DNA of 64,000 bases from Desulfatiglandales bacterium (GCA_963666345.1 OY762721.1:3776001-3840000), one strand, 5' to 3'; positions 1 to 9,699 are shown, numbered from the stretch's first letter. The notes: generated by a model from the sequence alone, not told the origin. A program made the numbers and translations.

Positions 1-1712
1 GATGGCACGCTATAAGCATTATGACTACGAACAGTTAATGATGGTGCCGGTATCACTGGAAGAGCAGCTTATACCAGGCACCTTGGAATATGCGATTCAT
101 CATGTTGCAGAAGAAAGACTTGACCTGAGTATCTTTGACAACCGCTATTGCAACGATGAGACGGGCCGCAAGGCGATAGACCCCAAGGTTCTGATAAAGA
201 TTGTGCTCTTTGGTTATTCACGAGGTTTGATTTCATCACGATCATTGGAGCGGGCCTGCAAGGAAAACATTACGTTTATGGCTCTTTGCTGTGGCCAGAA
301 ACCGGATCACAGTACGATTGCAGCCTTTGTAACATCCTTAGATAAAGAAATAGAGCCGTTATTCACGAAAGTGCTGCTGATTTGCGATGAAGAGGATTTG
401 TTGAGTGGAACTCATTTCAGTTTGGATGGATTGAAACTTTCTTCGAATGCAGCAAAGGAATGGAGTGGTAAATTCGAGGATTTGAAGAAAAAACAGAAAG
501 CCCTTAAGCGTAAAGTAAAGGAAGCAGTTAGAGAACATCGTGCAGAGGATAAAAGAGAAGGCAAAAGGAATGGTACAGATAGTGCCAGGAGGAAAAAGCG
601 GATAAAGAGACTGAAACAAAAAGCGGATCGCATTGAGAAGTTTCTTTCTGAGAACGAACCGAAGATCGGTTCCAGGGGCAAGGAGATCCAGAGTAACGTC
701 ACGGACAATGAATCAGCCAAGATGGCCACTTCACACGGTGTATTGCAGGGCTATAATGCCAACGCAGTAGTGGATGAGAAACATCAGATAGTGGTGCATG
801 GTGAGGCTTTTGGAAAAGGTGAGGACGGCACAAACATGGAGCCGTTGCTGGAAGGAGCGAAAGAGAAACTGGAAGCTATTGGCTGGAAGGATCCTCTGAA
901 AGATAAAAGGTCAGTGCAGACACGGGCTATTACAGCGTGAAGAATCTGGAGGCATGTAAGGATTATGAGATTGATGCTTATGTGCCGGACCGTCAGTTTA
1001 GAAAACGAGACATCCGTTTTGCAGGTGCAGGTCGTCACCGCCGTTCGGTGGACAAACGCCATGAAAGATACAAATCGAAGAAGCGCTGGTTCAGCGTAGA
1101 AGACTTTAAGCTTGATGACCGCACCGGCAAACTTATCTGTCCTGCGGGCCACGGGCTATATATAAAGAATCGGAATTTTCAGACGGCCGAAGGATACAAG
1201 GCCATTGCATATCAGGCACCGAAGACGGCCTGCCGTGATTGCCGATTACGTTCCAAATGCTTGCATAAACCCAACACGGTATCACGACAGGTTCATGTTT
1301 TTTATGGAAAACGTCCCGGCAGCCTTACAGATAAAATGAAGCGGAAGATGGACGCCGCATTTATAGTAAAAGGATGGGCATAGTAGAACCGGTGTTTGGG
1401 AATATTGGCACGTGCAAGAGAATGGACAGGTTTACCTTACGGGGGCATGTCAAAGTAAATATTCAATGGATGTTATACTGCCTTGTTCACAACATTGAAA
1501 AGATCTCCAATTTTGGAAAAAGCTATGCCATTGCTTAATGATGATAGGAGATATATCTTACACAAAAGCCCTATTCGCTATGATAGAAGCACTTATTTTC
1601 GCAACCGGCATGTAATTAGAGCAATAGCATCTTCGTGAATATTCCAAGTTCCATTAACATTTTACTCTGCTGTCACGAAAATCGTATCGCAAACTGGTTT
1701 TTCGACAGCCTC
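1..1712 (+). mobile_element. IS1182-family element (left end outside window); right terminal IR TTTTTCGACAGCCTC at 1698-1712
   Basis: Transposase plus a 15-bp terminus whose reverse complement recurs at 16415-16429. Confidence 0.8.
2..1538 (+). pseudogene. IS1182-family transposase, frameshifted (three pieces: 2-940, 937-1383, tail to 1538)
   Basis: N-terminal DUF772-like 'PKVLIKIVLFGYSRG..SSRSLERAC..PDHSTIA', 'LDGLK', 'TDNES', 'GYNANAVVD', a Cys cluster, and a terminal frame 'IVEPVFGNI..RFTLRG..VNIQWMLYCLVHNI' ending at TAA 1536-1538. Frame breaks near 905-915 and ~1350-1380. Confidence 0.88.
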
Positions 1713-1761
1713 GTTCGGCTAAATAATGGATCTGGCCCTGTACAGCAAGTTTGCATATAAG

Positions 1762-2387
1762 ATTTAACAACCACCCCTAAAAGGGGTGGACTAAAAGGTG
1801 ACCCTAAAAGGGTAACATTTACATCCTTATACTAGGCAATTACATGCGCTTATCTTTTTCCAACTGCCATTTGACATACTTTCTGATCTTCTCCTCATCC
1901 AGTCCTATGGTACTGACACAGTATCCCTTCGCCCAAAAATGCCTTCCCCAGTACCGCCTTTTCAACTCCAGATGCCTATCAAAGATCTTTATGGCGCATT
2001 TGCCTTTCAAAAAACCTGTTACTTCCGAAACCGATAACTTCGGTGGTATTGATATCACAAGATGCACATGGTCTTTCTGGACATTCATTTCCAGAATTTC
2101 AAGCTTCTTCCATTCGCACAGCTGCTTTATAATTTCACAGACTGATTTTCTTACTGCACCTTTCAGAATCCTGAATCGATATTTCGGGCACCAAACTATG
2201 TGGTATTTGCAATCCCAGATCGCATGTGCTAATTTTCTAAAATCATTCATTGAATACCTCCTTTTATCTTCAGGGTCACCTACCCCGATATTATGGAGGT
2301 ATTCTTTTTTTGTCACCACCACGCTACCCGCTTAGCATAGCTGGGACCCACCAGTAAAACTGGTGGATTAAGGGGTTATTTAACAAC
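1762..2387 (-). mobile_element. IS200/IS605-family element (tnpA only)
   Basis: Y1 transposase with subterminal hairpins CCACCCCT-AAA-AGGGGTGG (~1771-1788) and CCACCAGT-AAA-ACTGGTGG (~2348-2366). Leader inverted repeat GAATACCTCC/GGAGGTATTC (~2252-2304) covers the RBS. Confidence 0.85.
1840..2250 (-). CDS. tnpA: IS200 HuH/Y1 transposase
   Basis: 'CKYHIVWCPKYR', HuH 'DHVHL', 'FWAKGYCVST', 'IRKYV..Q'. ATG at 2250 is preceded by GGAGG. Confidence 0.93.
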   Translation of the reverse strand: MNDFRKLAHAIWDCKYHIVWCPKYRFRILKGAVRKSVCEIIKQLCEWKKLEILEMNVQKDHVHLVISIPPKLSVSEVTGFLKGKCAIKIFDRHLELKRRYWGRHFWAKGYCVSTIGLDEEKIRKYVKWQLEKDKRM

Positions 2388-2443
2388 TTACTCCGGTACG
2401 CAACCACAGCACAAATAGACTAAATGACATTCAAGAGGGCCTA

Positions 2444-4021
2444 ATGCCACTTCAACTTTTTGACCTACTGAGCAAGGGTTACTTCCCGAAAGAATTACCG
2501 CCGCCATTCACAACAGAAACCTACGCTCAGGCTCTAGCTGGTCCACAGGCTACCCCGCCTCCTGGCAGTTTTTCTTCTCGCCCGTGGTTCTCTATGTCAT
2601 GTACCCATAATCTTGTTAGAACAGGAGGACTTCGCAGGAACCTCAGCATTCCGAACCCAAAGCATTACTTCCGTTTGGCTGAACACATAGTCGCGAATTG
2701 GGCCAATATGACAACGCTTACGAATGCAACGCCCTTTTCGTTCAGCAAACCTGTTGATATCCATCTTGGCAGATCTATATCTCCTGAACATCGTTTAGCC
2801 GAGAGAGCTGCCTCACGAGTCCATCTTAGATCAACGGGTCGTATTCTTTTAAAGGCAGATATAACAAGATTCTTCCCATCTGTTTACACTCATGCGATTC
2901 CATGGGCCATTATGGGAAAGACCGCGGCAAAAAATGCTCATGCGGCTGGAACGTTGAAAGGTTCTTGGGAAGATAGGGTGGACCTCTTGTCCCGGTCATT
3001 GAATAGTAATCAAACAGTAGGCATTCCTATTGGCCCTGACACATCACTACTCATCGCAGAGGTACTACTCGCACGAATTGATTTAGAACTCAGCCAGAAA
3101 TTTCCCAATCTCAAGTGTTTAAGATATATCGATGACTACGAGTTTGTCTTTACAACAAGATCAGAGGCAGAGGAAGTACTTGGATACTTACAATTTCTGC
3201 TTAATAACTTCGAATTTGCGATTAATCCTAATAAAACTTTTATCATTGAATTGCCTGGGCCTCTAGAGAGTATATGGACTACTAATCTAAGATATTTCAT
3301 CTTCCGCGATGCTGGAGTAACAGGGCAACAGAACGATTTAGTGGCATTTTTCGACACAGCCTTTGAATTGTTCAAAAGGTATCGGGAAGAAGGTCTCATG
3401 AAATATGCAGTTGCTTGCCTGAGGGGGTTAAATGTCCAAGAAGAGAACTGGGAACTTCTTGAAGGTCTCTTGATGCATTGCATATCGATTGAGCCTGCTT
3501 GCCTCCCACAAGTATGCGATCAGGTTGTTTACTACCTTTCTTTGGGTTACCCGGTGAAGACAGACCTTTGGTCTGTTTGTCTAAATAATATTGTAATAGA
3601 AAAGACTCCATTGGGGCAAGCTAGTGAAGTCGCGTGGGCTATGTGGCTCATGAAAATTCTTGATATAAATCTTCAGGATAAATGTTCACAGGCGGTAGGT
3701 GATAGCGAAGACTCTGTCGTTGGGCTAATGGCACTTGGTCTGGCTACAGCTGGATTAGCAAGCATGGCAAATCTGGCCGGGCTTCATCGTTACTCTCAGC
3801 ATAATTTTCTGTTTGAGTCCCAATGGCTTCTTTGCTACCAAGGCAATCTAATGACGTGCCTTGGTCCTGGAGGTGGTCCAGTTAATCTCCAAACCGACTC
3901 GGCCTTCTCATACATGGAGGCTCAGGGAGTTTCATTTTTTGATATCAACGTTCCTGTGCCACCAGCAATTCGGTACGCGGTTCCTCCCGCCTATGGTGGA
4001 GGTGGCGGCGGTGGTTATTAA
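2444..4021 (+). CDS. Abi/UG (DRT-like) reverse transcriptase with C-terminal helical region, 525 aa
   Basis: RT motifs 'RRNLSIPNP', 'ADITRFFPSVYTHAIPWA', 'GIPIGPDTS', catalytic 'RYIDDY', 'INPNKT'; N-terminal 'GYFPKELPPPFT'; no retron VTG motif. Confidence 0.88.
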   Translation: MPLQLFDLLSKGYFPKELPPPFTTETYAQALAGPQATPPPGSFSSRPWFSMSCTHNLVRTGGLRRNLSIPNPKHYFRLAEHIVANWANMTTLTNATPFSFSKPVDIHLGRSISPEHRLAERAASRVHLRSTGRILLKADITRFFPSVYTHAIPWAIMGKTAAKNAHAAGTLKGSWEDRVDLLSRSLNSNQTVGIPIGPDTSLLIAEVLLARIDLELSQKFPNLKCLRYIDDYEFVFTTRSEAEEVLGYLQFLLNNFEFAINPNKTFIIELPGPLESIWTTNLRYFIFRDAGVTGQQNDLVAFFDTAFELFKRYREEGLMKYAVACLRGLNVQEENWELLEGLLMHCISIEPACLPQVCDQVVYYLSLGYPVKTDLWSVCLNNIVIEKTPLGQASEVAWAMWLMKILDINLQDKCSQAVGDSEDSVVGLMALGLATAGLASMANLAGLHRYSQHNFLFESQWLLCYQGNLMTCLGPGGGPVNLQTDSAFSYMEAQGVSFFDINVPVPPAIRYAVPPAYGGGGGGGY

Positions 4022-4107
4022 GACGGTCTAATGATGTCTCCAATAGATAAAGGGAGATTCTGTCCGTGATTTACATTCTACCCTCTGAAATGTTTATCAG
4101 CGAAATC

Positions 4108-4168
4108 GTCGAACCAGCGGATCATGATCGGCTCGCTAATCGCTCGCGACTTATCCGGATCGTTAGCT
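4108..4168 (+). other. attC site
   Basis: GTCGAAC-CAGC-GGATCA...TTATCC-GGATC-GTTAGCT; 61-bp imperfect inverted repeat directly after the RT gene. Confidence 0.8.
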
Positions 4169-4271
4169 ATGACCTATGTTGAACAGTTACTGAAAGGCGA
4201 AAGATGACAACTGGATGCCGGAAAGTGTAGTATTGTGGATAGATTTTCTTTGAATTGTAAAGTGGGGCGAA

Positions 4272-6059
4272 ATGTACAGTAGCAATTCGGCAACTGCGCA
4301 GACTATCTATGGGCATATGGACGTAGCGGCATTCCTTCGTGCCTATCAGATGCGTACGAGCAGCGTTATGTGGCTTCTAGGCGCTGGCGCCTCCCGTTCC
4401 GGCGGCATCAAGACTGCCGGTGACATGATCTGGGACTTCAAACAGAACCTCTACCGCTCGCACAAGAAGCTCCCGCCCAATGCGATTACCGACCTGGGTG
4501 ACCCGGCCGTTCAGCGCAAGCTTCAGCGGTATTTCGATGAGCTTCCGGAATTTCCAGCAGGCGGAGCACCTGACGAGTACGCGCAGTACTTCGAGGCCAC
4601 TTATCCGCATGCCAATGACCGGCGGGCGTATCTCGACAAGCTCATCAGGCTCGGTAAGCCGTCCTACGGGCATTTATCGCTCGCCTTGTTGATGCGCGAA
4701 GGGTGTTGTCGCATAGTCTGGACGACCAATTTCGACCGAACAGTGGAGGATGCGGCCGCCAAGATCTACGGGACAACGAACGACCTCGTGGTGGCGGACC
4801 TTGGTGAGCCGAAAAAGGTCGCCGATGCGCTCAATGCCAAGCGCTTTCCGATCTATGGCAAACTGCACGGCGACTATCATTCCGTCGCCCTCAAAAACAC
4901 GGACGAAGAGCTCAGAGAGCAAGACGCCGAGATGTGCCGCGCGTTTTTTCAAGCGTGCAAGACGAATGGGCTGGCAGTGGTTGGCTACAGCGGTCGGGAT
5001 GCCTCCGTCATGGAAACCCTGAGGGAGGCGTTGGACGATGGGCGGGGATTCCCGAATGGGCTGTTCTGGTTTAAGCGGTCCGGTGAAGAGCCCTTCGAGG
5101 CAGTGACGGAGTTGATCACAGAGGCGCGTCGCCTGCGGGTGGACGCCCATCTTATCGACAACGAGACTTTTGACGAGCTTCTGTCTGACCTTGTTCGGTT
5201 TTTGCCTGAAACCTCTGGCAAGCTCGGGGATATTGAAGGGGCCAAGCCACCGCGCCTTGGTAGTGCACCGCTGAAGGCACCAGGTGCAACGACCCCCTCA
5301 ATCCGGACCAATGCGTTGCCGATCATCTCGCACCCTGTTATGTGTCAGCTGATCGACTGCGACATCGGGGGTTGGGCGGAGATACAGGGAGCAATCGAGA
5401 CGGCTGGCGTTGATATCGTTGCCAGGCGGATTAAGGACGGCGTTATCGCTTTCGGGCGAGATCCGGATATCCGGGCAGCCTTTAATGCATTCGGCATTAA
5501 AAGGTTCGAGACACGTTCCATTCCCGATAAGAACCTCTCCTACGAGAGCGAGGAACGCCGCCTCATCCGGGATGCGCTTGTGCGTGCCCTGAGCAGTCGG
5601 CCGGGCATCGAGATCATACGCCGTGGGTGGCATGTTCTCGCGCTTCCAAACATGCAAACCGTGAAGCCGGGCCACTTTCAGTTTAATACCATCAAGCCCG
5701 TTGATAGTCTCACCGGCACGGTAGGGAAAACAGGCATTCGCTGGACTGAGTGCTGCGAACTACGTCTTGACTACAAGCTTGACCGGTTATGGCTCCTTAT
5801 GGAACCGCGCATCCACCGCGATATTCCGGTAGAGGCCACCTCAGCGCAGATCGACGAGTCCAAGGAATTTGTGCGTTCGAGGTTGGCGGGTCGCTTTAAC
5901 CCAAAGGCCAACGCCATGCTGAGCGGGTGGGCTAGCCTTCTTCTCGGGACAGACCGAAACGTCCGATCCGTCACGCTACGTAGCTTCGGCATATCCGACG
6001 GCATTGATGCGACCTTCGAGGTGTCGTCGATCACAGGATTTAGCGGGGTGAGCCGATGA
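4272..6059 (+). CDS. SIR2-APAZ NADase effector (short pAgo partner)
   Basis: SIR2 motifs 'LLGAGAS', 'WTTNFD', 'KLHGD', 'VVGYSGRD'; long C-terminal region; stop overlaps the pAgo start (ATGA). The start may be ATG 4317. Confidence 0.9.
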   Translation: MYSSNSATAQTIYGHMDVAAFLRAYQMRTSSVMWLLGAGASRSGGIKTAGDMIWDFKQNLYRSHKKLPPNAITDLGDPAVQRKLQRYFDELPEFPAGGAPDEYAQYFEATYPHANDRRAYLDKLIRLGKPSYGHLSLALLMREGCCRIVWTTNFDRTVEDAAAKIYGTTNDLVVADLGEPKKVADALNAKRFPIYGKLHGDYHSVALKNTDEELREQDAEMCRAFFQACKTNGLAVVGYSGRDASVMETLREALDDGRGFPNGLFWFKRSGEEPFEAVTELITEARRLRVDAHLIDNETFDELLSDLVRFLPETSGKLGDIEGAKPPRLGSAPLKAPGATTPSIRTNALPIISHPVMCQLIDCDIGGWAEIQGAIETAGVDIVARRIKDGVIAFGRDPDIRAAFNAFGIKRFETRSIPDKNLSYESEERRLIRDALVRALSSRPGIEIIRRGWHVLALPNMQTVKPGHFQFNTIKPVDSLTGTVGKTGIRWTECCELRLDYKLDRLWLLMEPRIHRDIPVEATSAQIDESKEFVRSRLAGRFNPKANAMLSGWASLLLGTDRNVRSVTLRSFGISDGIDATFEVSSITGFSGVSR

Positions 6060-7486
6060 CAGCATCCCCTCAGCCATTTCAACTGCCCGGCTATTCTGTC
6101 CTGACGGAACAGGAGCTACGCTTTGGAGCGGCGGACCCAAAGGCCGTGGATGCGCATCCGCTGCGAGGGTTGCTTCGGTTTGGCCCGTATTCCCGCGATA
6201 AGCTTGCGGCGATCGCCGATCCAATCCGAGTCGCCATCATCGCGCCTGCCGGACAGCTTGAACGGGTCAACGGCCTCTTGCGGGAACTTCAGCAATACCA
6301 TCAGCCGCGTGAGCGACGCCAGTACCTGCCGGGCTTTCCGGGCTTCTCAAAGGTTTTTTACGTGAACATGGGGGCCGCAGGCCCGCACGCGAACGTTGAG
6401 CTGCCAGTGGACCTGACAGAGCAGATGAAGCGGGTCGAGAAGCCCCATCTCAAGCTGGCCGAGGCGCTTCAGCATGCGCTCCACGCCCTCCACCATCAGA
6501 GAGATGCCTTCGATGTCGTCTACATCCTACTGGATAAGGCGTGGGAGGCCGGCTTCTTCGGCGGGGAGGGGGATGACTTCAACCTTCATGACTATGTGAA
6601 GGCCATTGCCGCCTTCGAAGGCATCCCTACCCAGTTCCTTAATGAAGATCGTGCGTTGGTGTATCGCTGCCGTGCCAGTGTGATGTGGCGTTTGGGCATC
6701 GCCCTCTATACCAAGGCTGGCGGCGTGCCGTGGGTCTTGGCCAATATCGATCCGGGAACGGCGTATATTGGAATCGACTATGCCCTCCGACCAAATACGG
6801 ACGTGGATTCGCGGTTTGCGATCTGTTGCAGCCAGGTTTTCGACGCTGAAGGCTCGGGCCTGGAGTTTGTCGCCTACGAGGCCAGTGGTGTCCGGATGTT
6901 TGGGAAGAACCCCTTCCTCCACCGGGATCAGATGATGAAGGTGATGTCCCGCAGCCTGGCTGTGTATCAGCGCAAACACGCAGGCGCTGTGCCCTCACGC
7001 ATCGTGGTGCACAAGAACACTGAATTTAAGCCCTACGAGATCGACGGAGTTTTCGACGCCTTCCCGAATACGGAGAACATCGAACTCGTCCACGTACAGC
7101 AGAATAGCGGATGGCGCGGTGTTTACATCACTAAGCCTCAGCAGCCGAATGGCTATCCGTGTTTGCGGGGCAGCACGTTCCAACTTGGCCAGCATACCTC
7201 CTTGCTCTGGACGCAGGGTGACCTGCCGGTCGTGGCTGACGGGAGTTCCTACTTCAAGGAAGGCAAAGGGACGCCTGAGCCTCTTATACTGAACCGACAC
7301 GCCGGCCGTGGTGCGATGGACGACTTGTGCAAAGAGACTCTTGCGCTCACGAAAATGGACTGGAACAACGACAGCCCCTATGACCGCATGCCGGTCACGC
7401 TCAACTTCGCCGGAACGCTTGCCGCTGTGGTCAAGCAGATGCCCAAACTGGAGCCTCGCTCGTACCCAGTGCGCCTGTTTATGTAA
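6056..7486 (+). CDS. Short prokaryotic Argonaute (MID-PIWI)
   Basis: 476 aa; MID 'HDYVKA..GIPTQ..IALYTKAGGVPW'; PIWI 'YIGIDY', 'IVVHKN', 'LTKMDWNN', 'PVTL'; catalytic tetrad incomplete. Confidence 0.93.
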   Translation: MTASPQPFQLPGYSVLTEQELRFGAADPKAVDAHPLRGLLRFGPYSRDKLAAIADPIRVAIIAPAGQLERVNGLLRELQQYHQPRERRQYLPGFPGFSKVFYVNMGAAGPHANVELPVDLTEQMKRVEKPHLKLAEALQHALHALHHQRDAFDVVYILLDKAWEAGFFGGEGDDFNLHDYVKAIAAFEGIPTQFLNEDRALVYRCRASVMWRLGIALYTKAGGVPWVLANIDPGTAYIGIDYALRPNTDVDSRFAICCSQVFDAEGSGLEFVAYEASGVRMFGKNPFLHRDQMMKVMSRSLAVYQRKHAGAVPSRIVVHKNTEFKPYEIDGVFDAFPNTENIELVHVQQNSGWRGVYITKPQQPNGYPCLRGSTFQLGQHTSLLWTQGDLPVVADGSSYFKEGKGTPEPLILNRHAGRGAMDDLCKETLALTKMDWNNDSPYDRMPVTLNFAGTLAAVVKQMPKLEPRSYPVRLFM

Positions 7487-7537
7487 GAGCATATAGAACC
7501 GCGCCAACTCCTATAACACCAGATTAGGTAGCATAGC

Positions 7538-7556
7538 CGCTAACAAATCGGCGGAG
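7538..7556 (+). other. Left half of attC (inverse core CGCTAAC), truncated
   Basis: CGCTAAC-AAATC-GGCGGAG follows pAgo. GCTAAC complements GTTAGC at 4162, which opens this cassette. No right half is visible. Confidence 0.55.
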
Positions 7557-7580
7557 ATACAGAAATTTGTCTGATGGATT

Positions 7581-7908
7581 GGGGGACGGGCCACGATAAT
7601 ATTACGAAATAACTTAGAAAGAAGTCTGAAAAAGAGCAAAGATAGGGCCTATATTGCGATTTTTGATACCGAAAAGGGCATTATAGGTTCTGCGTGATGG
7701 CAAGAGCAAAAAGGCATTTATTGAAAAATTACTTCTGCCTGGAACCGCAATCGACAGAAAGGTAAGACAATCCGGAAATGGCTATGAGTTTGAGGAGCGG
7801 TGAGTCCCTGCATCGTCTGTTTTGGGACGAAAACCGGTGATACAGGCCTCAGAAGGTGCTTTTGGGATGATTATCATGTATAACCAATAAGTTATCATGG
7901 GCTACCCC
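7581..7908 (+). mobile_element. Internally deleted non-autonomous element, copy 1
   Basis: Imperfect terminal IR GGGGACGGGCCACGATAA / TTATCATGGGCTACCCC. Both ends resemble 9581-9684 (29-bp identity, 7855-7883 = 9632-9660). Short ORF remnant MARAKRH at 7697. Confidence 0.6.
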
Positions 7909-7985
7909 AGGCGACAAGCTCCAGGGGATCCAAAGGACCATACCATGATCAAGAAGAAGGCCGGTAAAAAACAGGCGCGCTCATC

Positions 7986-9210
7986 TAGTACCATGTAACA
8001 GTTAAGATTGCGTATTTATGTTTTTATGATATACTAGCGACAACCTTATAGAGGAGGTCGCTATGGCACCAAGATATCGAGTAACGCTGCGCAAACAAGA
8101 GCGCCAAGAGCTTGAAACGATGACGCGCAAGGGGAAAATCGAAGCGAGACGATTCAAAAATGCTCGTGCGTTGCTGCTCTGCGATGCTGGGCCGGAGGGC
8201 CCTGGCTGGAAAGTTGCTGATGTGGCGTCAGCCCTTGGGATGAGCAGACGATCGATCGAGAATCTAAAGAAACGGTTTGTGGAAAAGGGGCTGGAGGCCG
8301 CCCTTGCTCGTAAGAAGCGTGAAAGACCTCCCCGAGAGATCAAGTTCGATGGGGCGTTCGAAGCGAGATTAATCGCGTTGGCCTGTTCGAAAATCCCAGA
8401 TGGATACCGACGCTGGACGGTAAGGCTTTTGGCCGAAAAGGCGGTTGAGCTGAAGTTTGCAGAATCCGTATCGCATATGTCAATACAACGGGTGTTAAAA
8501 AAAACGAACTTCAGCCTCACCGAAGCAAATACTGGAAAATCCCACCGAAAGGCAGCGCCGCGTTCGTAGCGTGCATGGAGGATGTTCTTTGCCTCTATCA
8601 CCTGCCGTACGATCCGGACTACCCAGTGGTATGCATGGATGAGTCCTGCAAACAGATGGTGGGCCAAGTGCGTGAGCCGATTCCGTGTAAGCCGGGGCGC
8701 CCTTTGCGTATGGACGACGAGTATGTCAGAAAAGGTGTGGCGCAAATTTTTATGGAAGTAGAGCCTCTTGCAGGTAGAAGGCATGTGGCGATTGCCGAAC
8801 ATCGCAGGAGGAAGGATTGGGCTGTGCAGATCAAGGCAATGCTTGATGAACGATATCCCAATGCGATCAAGGTGCGTCTGGTTATGGACAATCTCAATAC
8901 CCACAATACCGCCTCACTGTACGAGATGTTTGAAGCCGATGAAGCTAGGCGTTTGGCGCAACGACTGGAGATCCATTATACGCCGAAACACGGCAGTTGG
9001 TTGAACATGGCCGAGATTGAACTCAGTGTTTTGAAAGGCCAATGTCTTAATGACCGGATCCCCGACATGGCGACCATGGAGCGCCAAGTGGTCGCATGGA
9101 AAAAATCCGAAACAACCACGCAAGGAAAATTTTTTGGCAATTTACAACTCCTGATGCGAGGATTAGACTGAAACAGCTCTATCCGCAATTATAAATGTTA
9201 CATAGTACTA
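7986..9210 (+). mobile_element. IS630-family element
   Basis: IRs TAGTACCATGTAACA (7986-8000) / TGTTACATAGTACTA (9196-9210); CTAG context at both ends (TA target). Confidence 0.92.
8063..9171 (+). CDS. IS630 transposase in two ORFs (HTH 8063-8569; DDE to 9171), probably joined by a -1 frameshift at the A8 run near 8497-8504
   Basis: 'RWTVRLLA', 'CMDES', 'VMDNLNTH', 'YTPKHGSWLNMAEIE'; slippery TTAAAAAAAAC. A further frameshift is likely near the 3' end. Confidence 0.88.
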
Positions 9211-9580
9211 GTCGCGTTTCAGACTGCGGGTCGTCGTCGGATTTGCCAAGCCGCTACCCGGAGGTATTTGAATACGTTAAGGATCGCATTCGTGCCGCTC
9301 AGATCAGAGCTTCACTGTCGGTCAATCGGGAACTTATCTCCCTGTACTGGGACATCGGCAAGGCGATCGTCCGGCGACAGGAGATAGAGGGCTGGGGCCG
9401 ATCTGTCGTTGAACGGCTTTCCACAGATATTCAGAAGGAGTTTCCCGGCATTCGTGGGTTCTCGCCGCAAAATCTTTGGCACATGCGATCGCTGTTCCTC
9501 GCTTGGACAAGCGAAGCGGAAAATCTCCAACAAGCTGTTGGAGGAATGGATGGCGATAATTTCCCACAGGCTGTTGGATT

Positions 9581-9684
9581 GGGTCGGGCCGCGATGACAA
9601 TATGAAATAACAAAGAAAGAAGGCCGAAAGGGGTGCTTTTGGGATGATTATCATGTATAATCAGCAAGTTGACTTGGAGACCCC
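9581..9684 (+). mobile_element. MITE-like copy 2 (ends only) of the element at 7581-7908
   Basis: GGGTCGGGCCGCGATGACAATATGAAATAAC..AGAAAGAAG joined directly to GGTGCTTTTGGGATGATTATCATGTATAA..CTTGGAGACCCC. Confidence 0.6.
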
Positions 9685-9699
9685 AAGTGACAACTTTAT

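Larger units (their letters stand above)
7945..9605 (+). pseudogene. DUF1016 (YhcG) N-terminal domain gene, split by IS630 and truncated
   Basis: MIKKKAGKKQARSS (ATG 7945) joins in frame to SRVSDC.. once the IS is removed; 'SVNRELISLYWDIGK..WGRSVVERLSTD..GFSPQNLWHMR'; no C-terminal nuclease domain. Confidence 0.8.

Noticed and set aside
1720..4021. Retron (msr-msd plus RT)
   Set aside because: The RT lacks the retron VTG and NAxxH signatures. The reconstructed leader shows only a 6-bp GGCCCT/AGGGCC repeat and no long msd stem.
8002..8904. 300-aa antisense ORF and many other overlapping ORFs in the track (e.g. 1844-2335, 18690-19286, 43635-44210)
   Set aside because: These are shadow frames opposite well-supported genes and have no motifs of their own.
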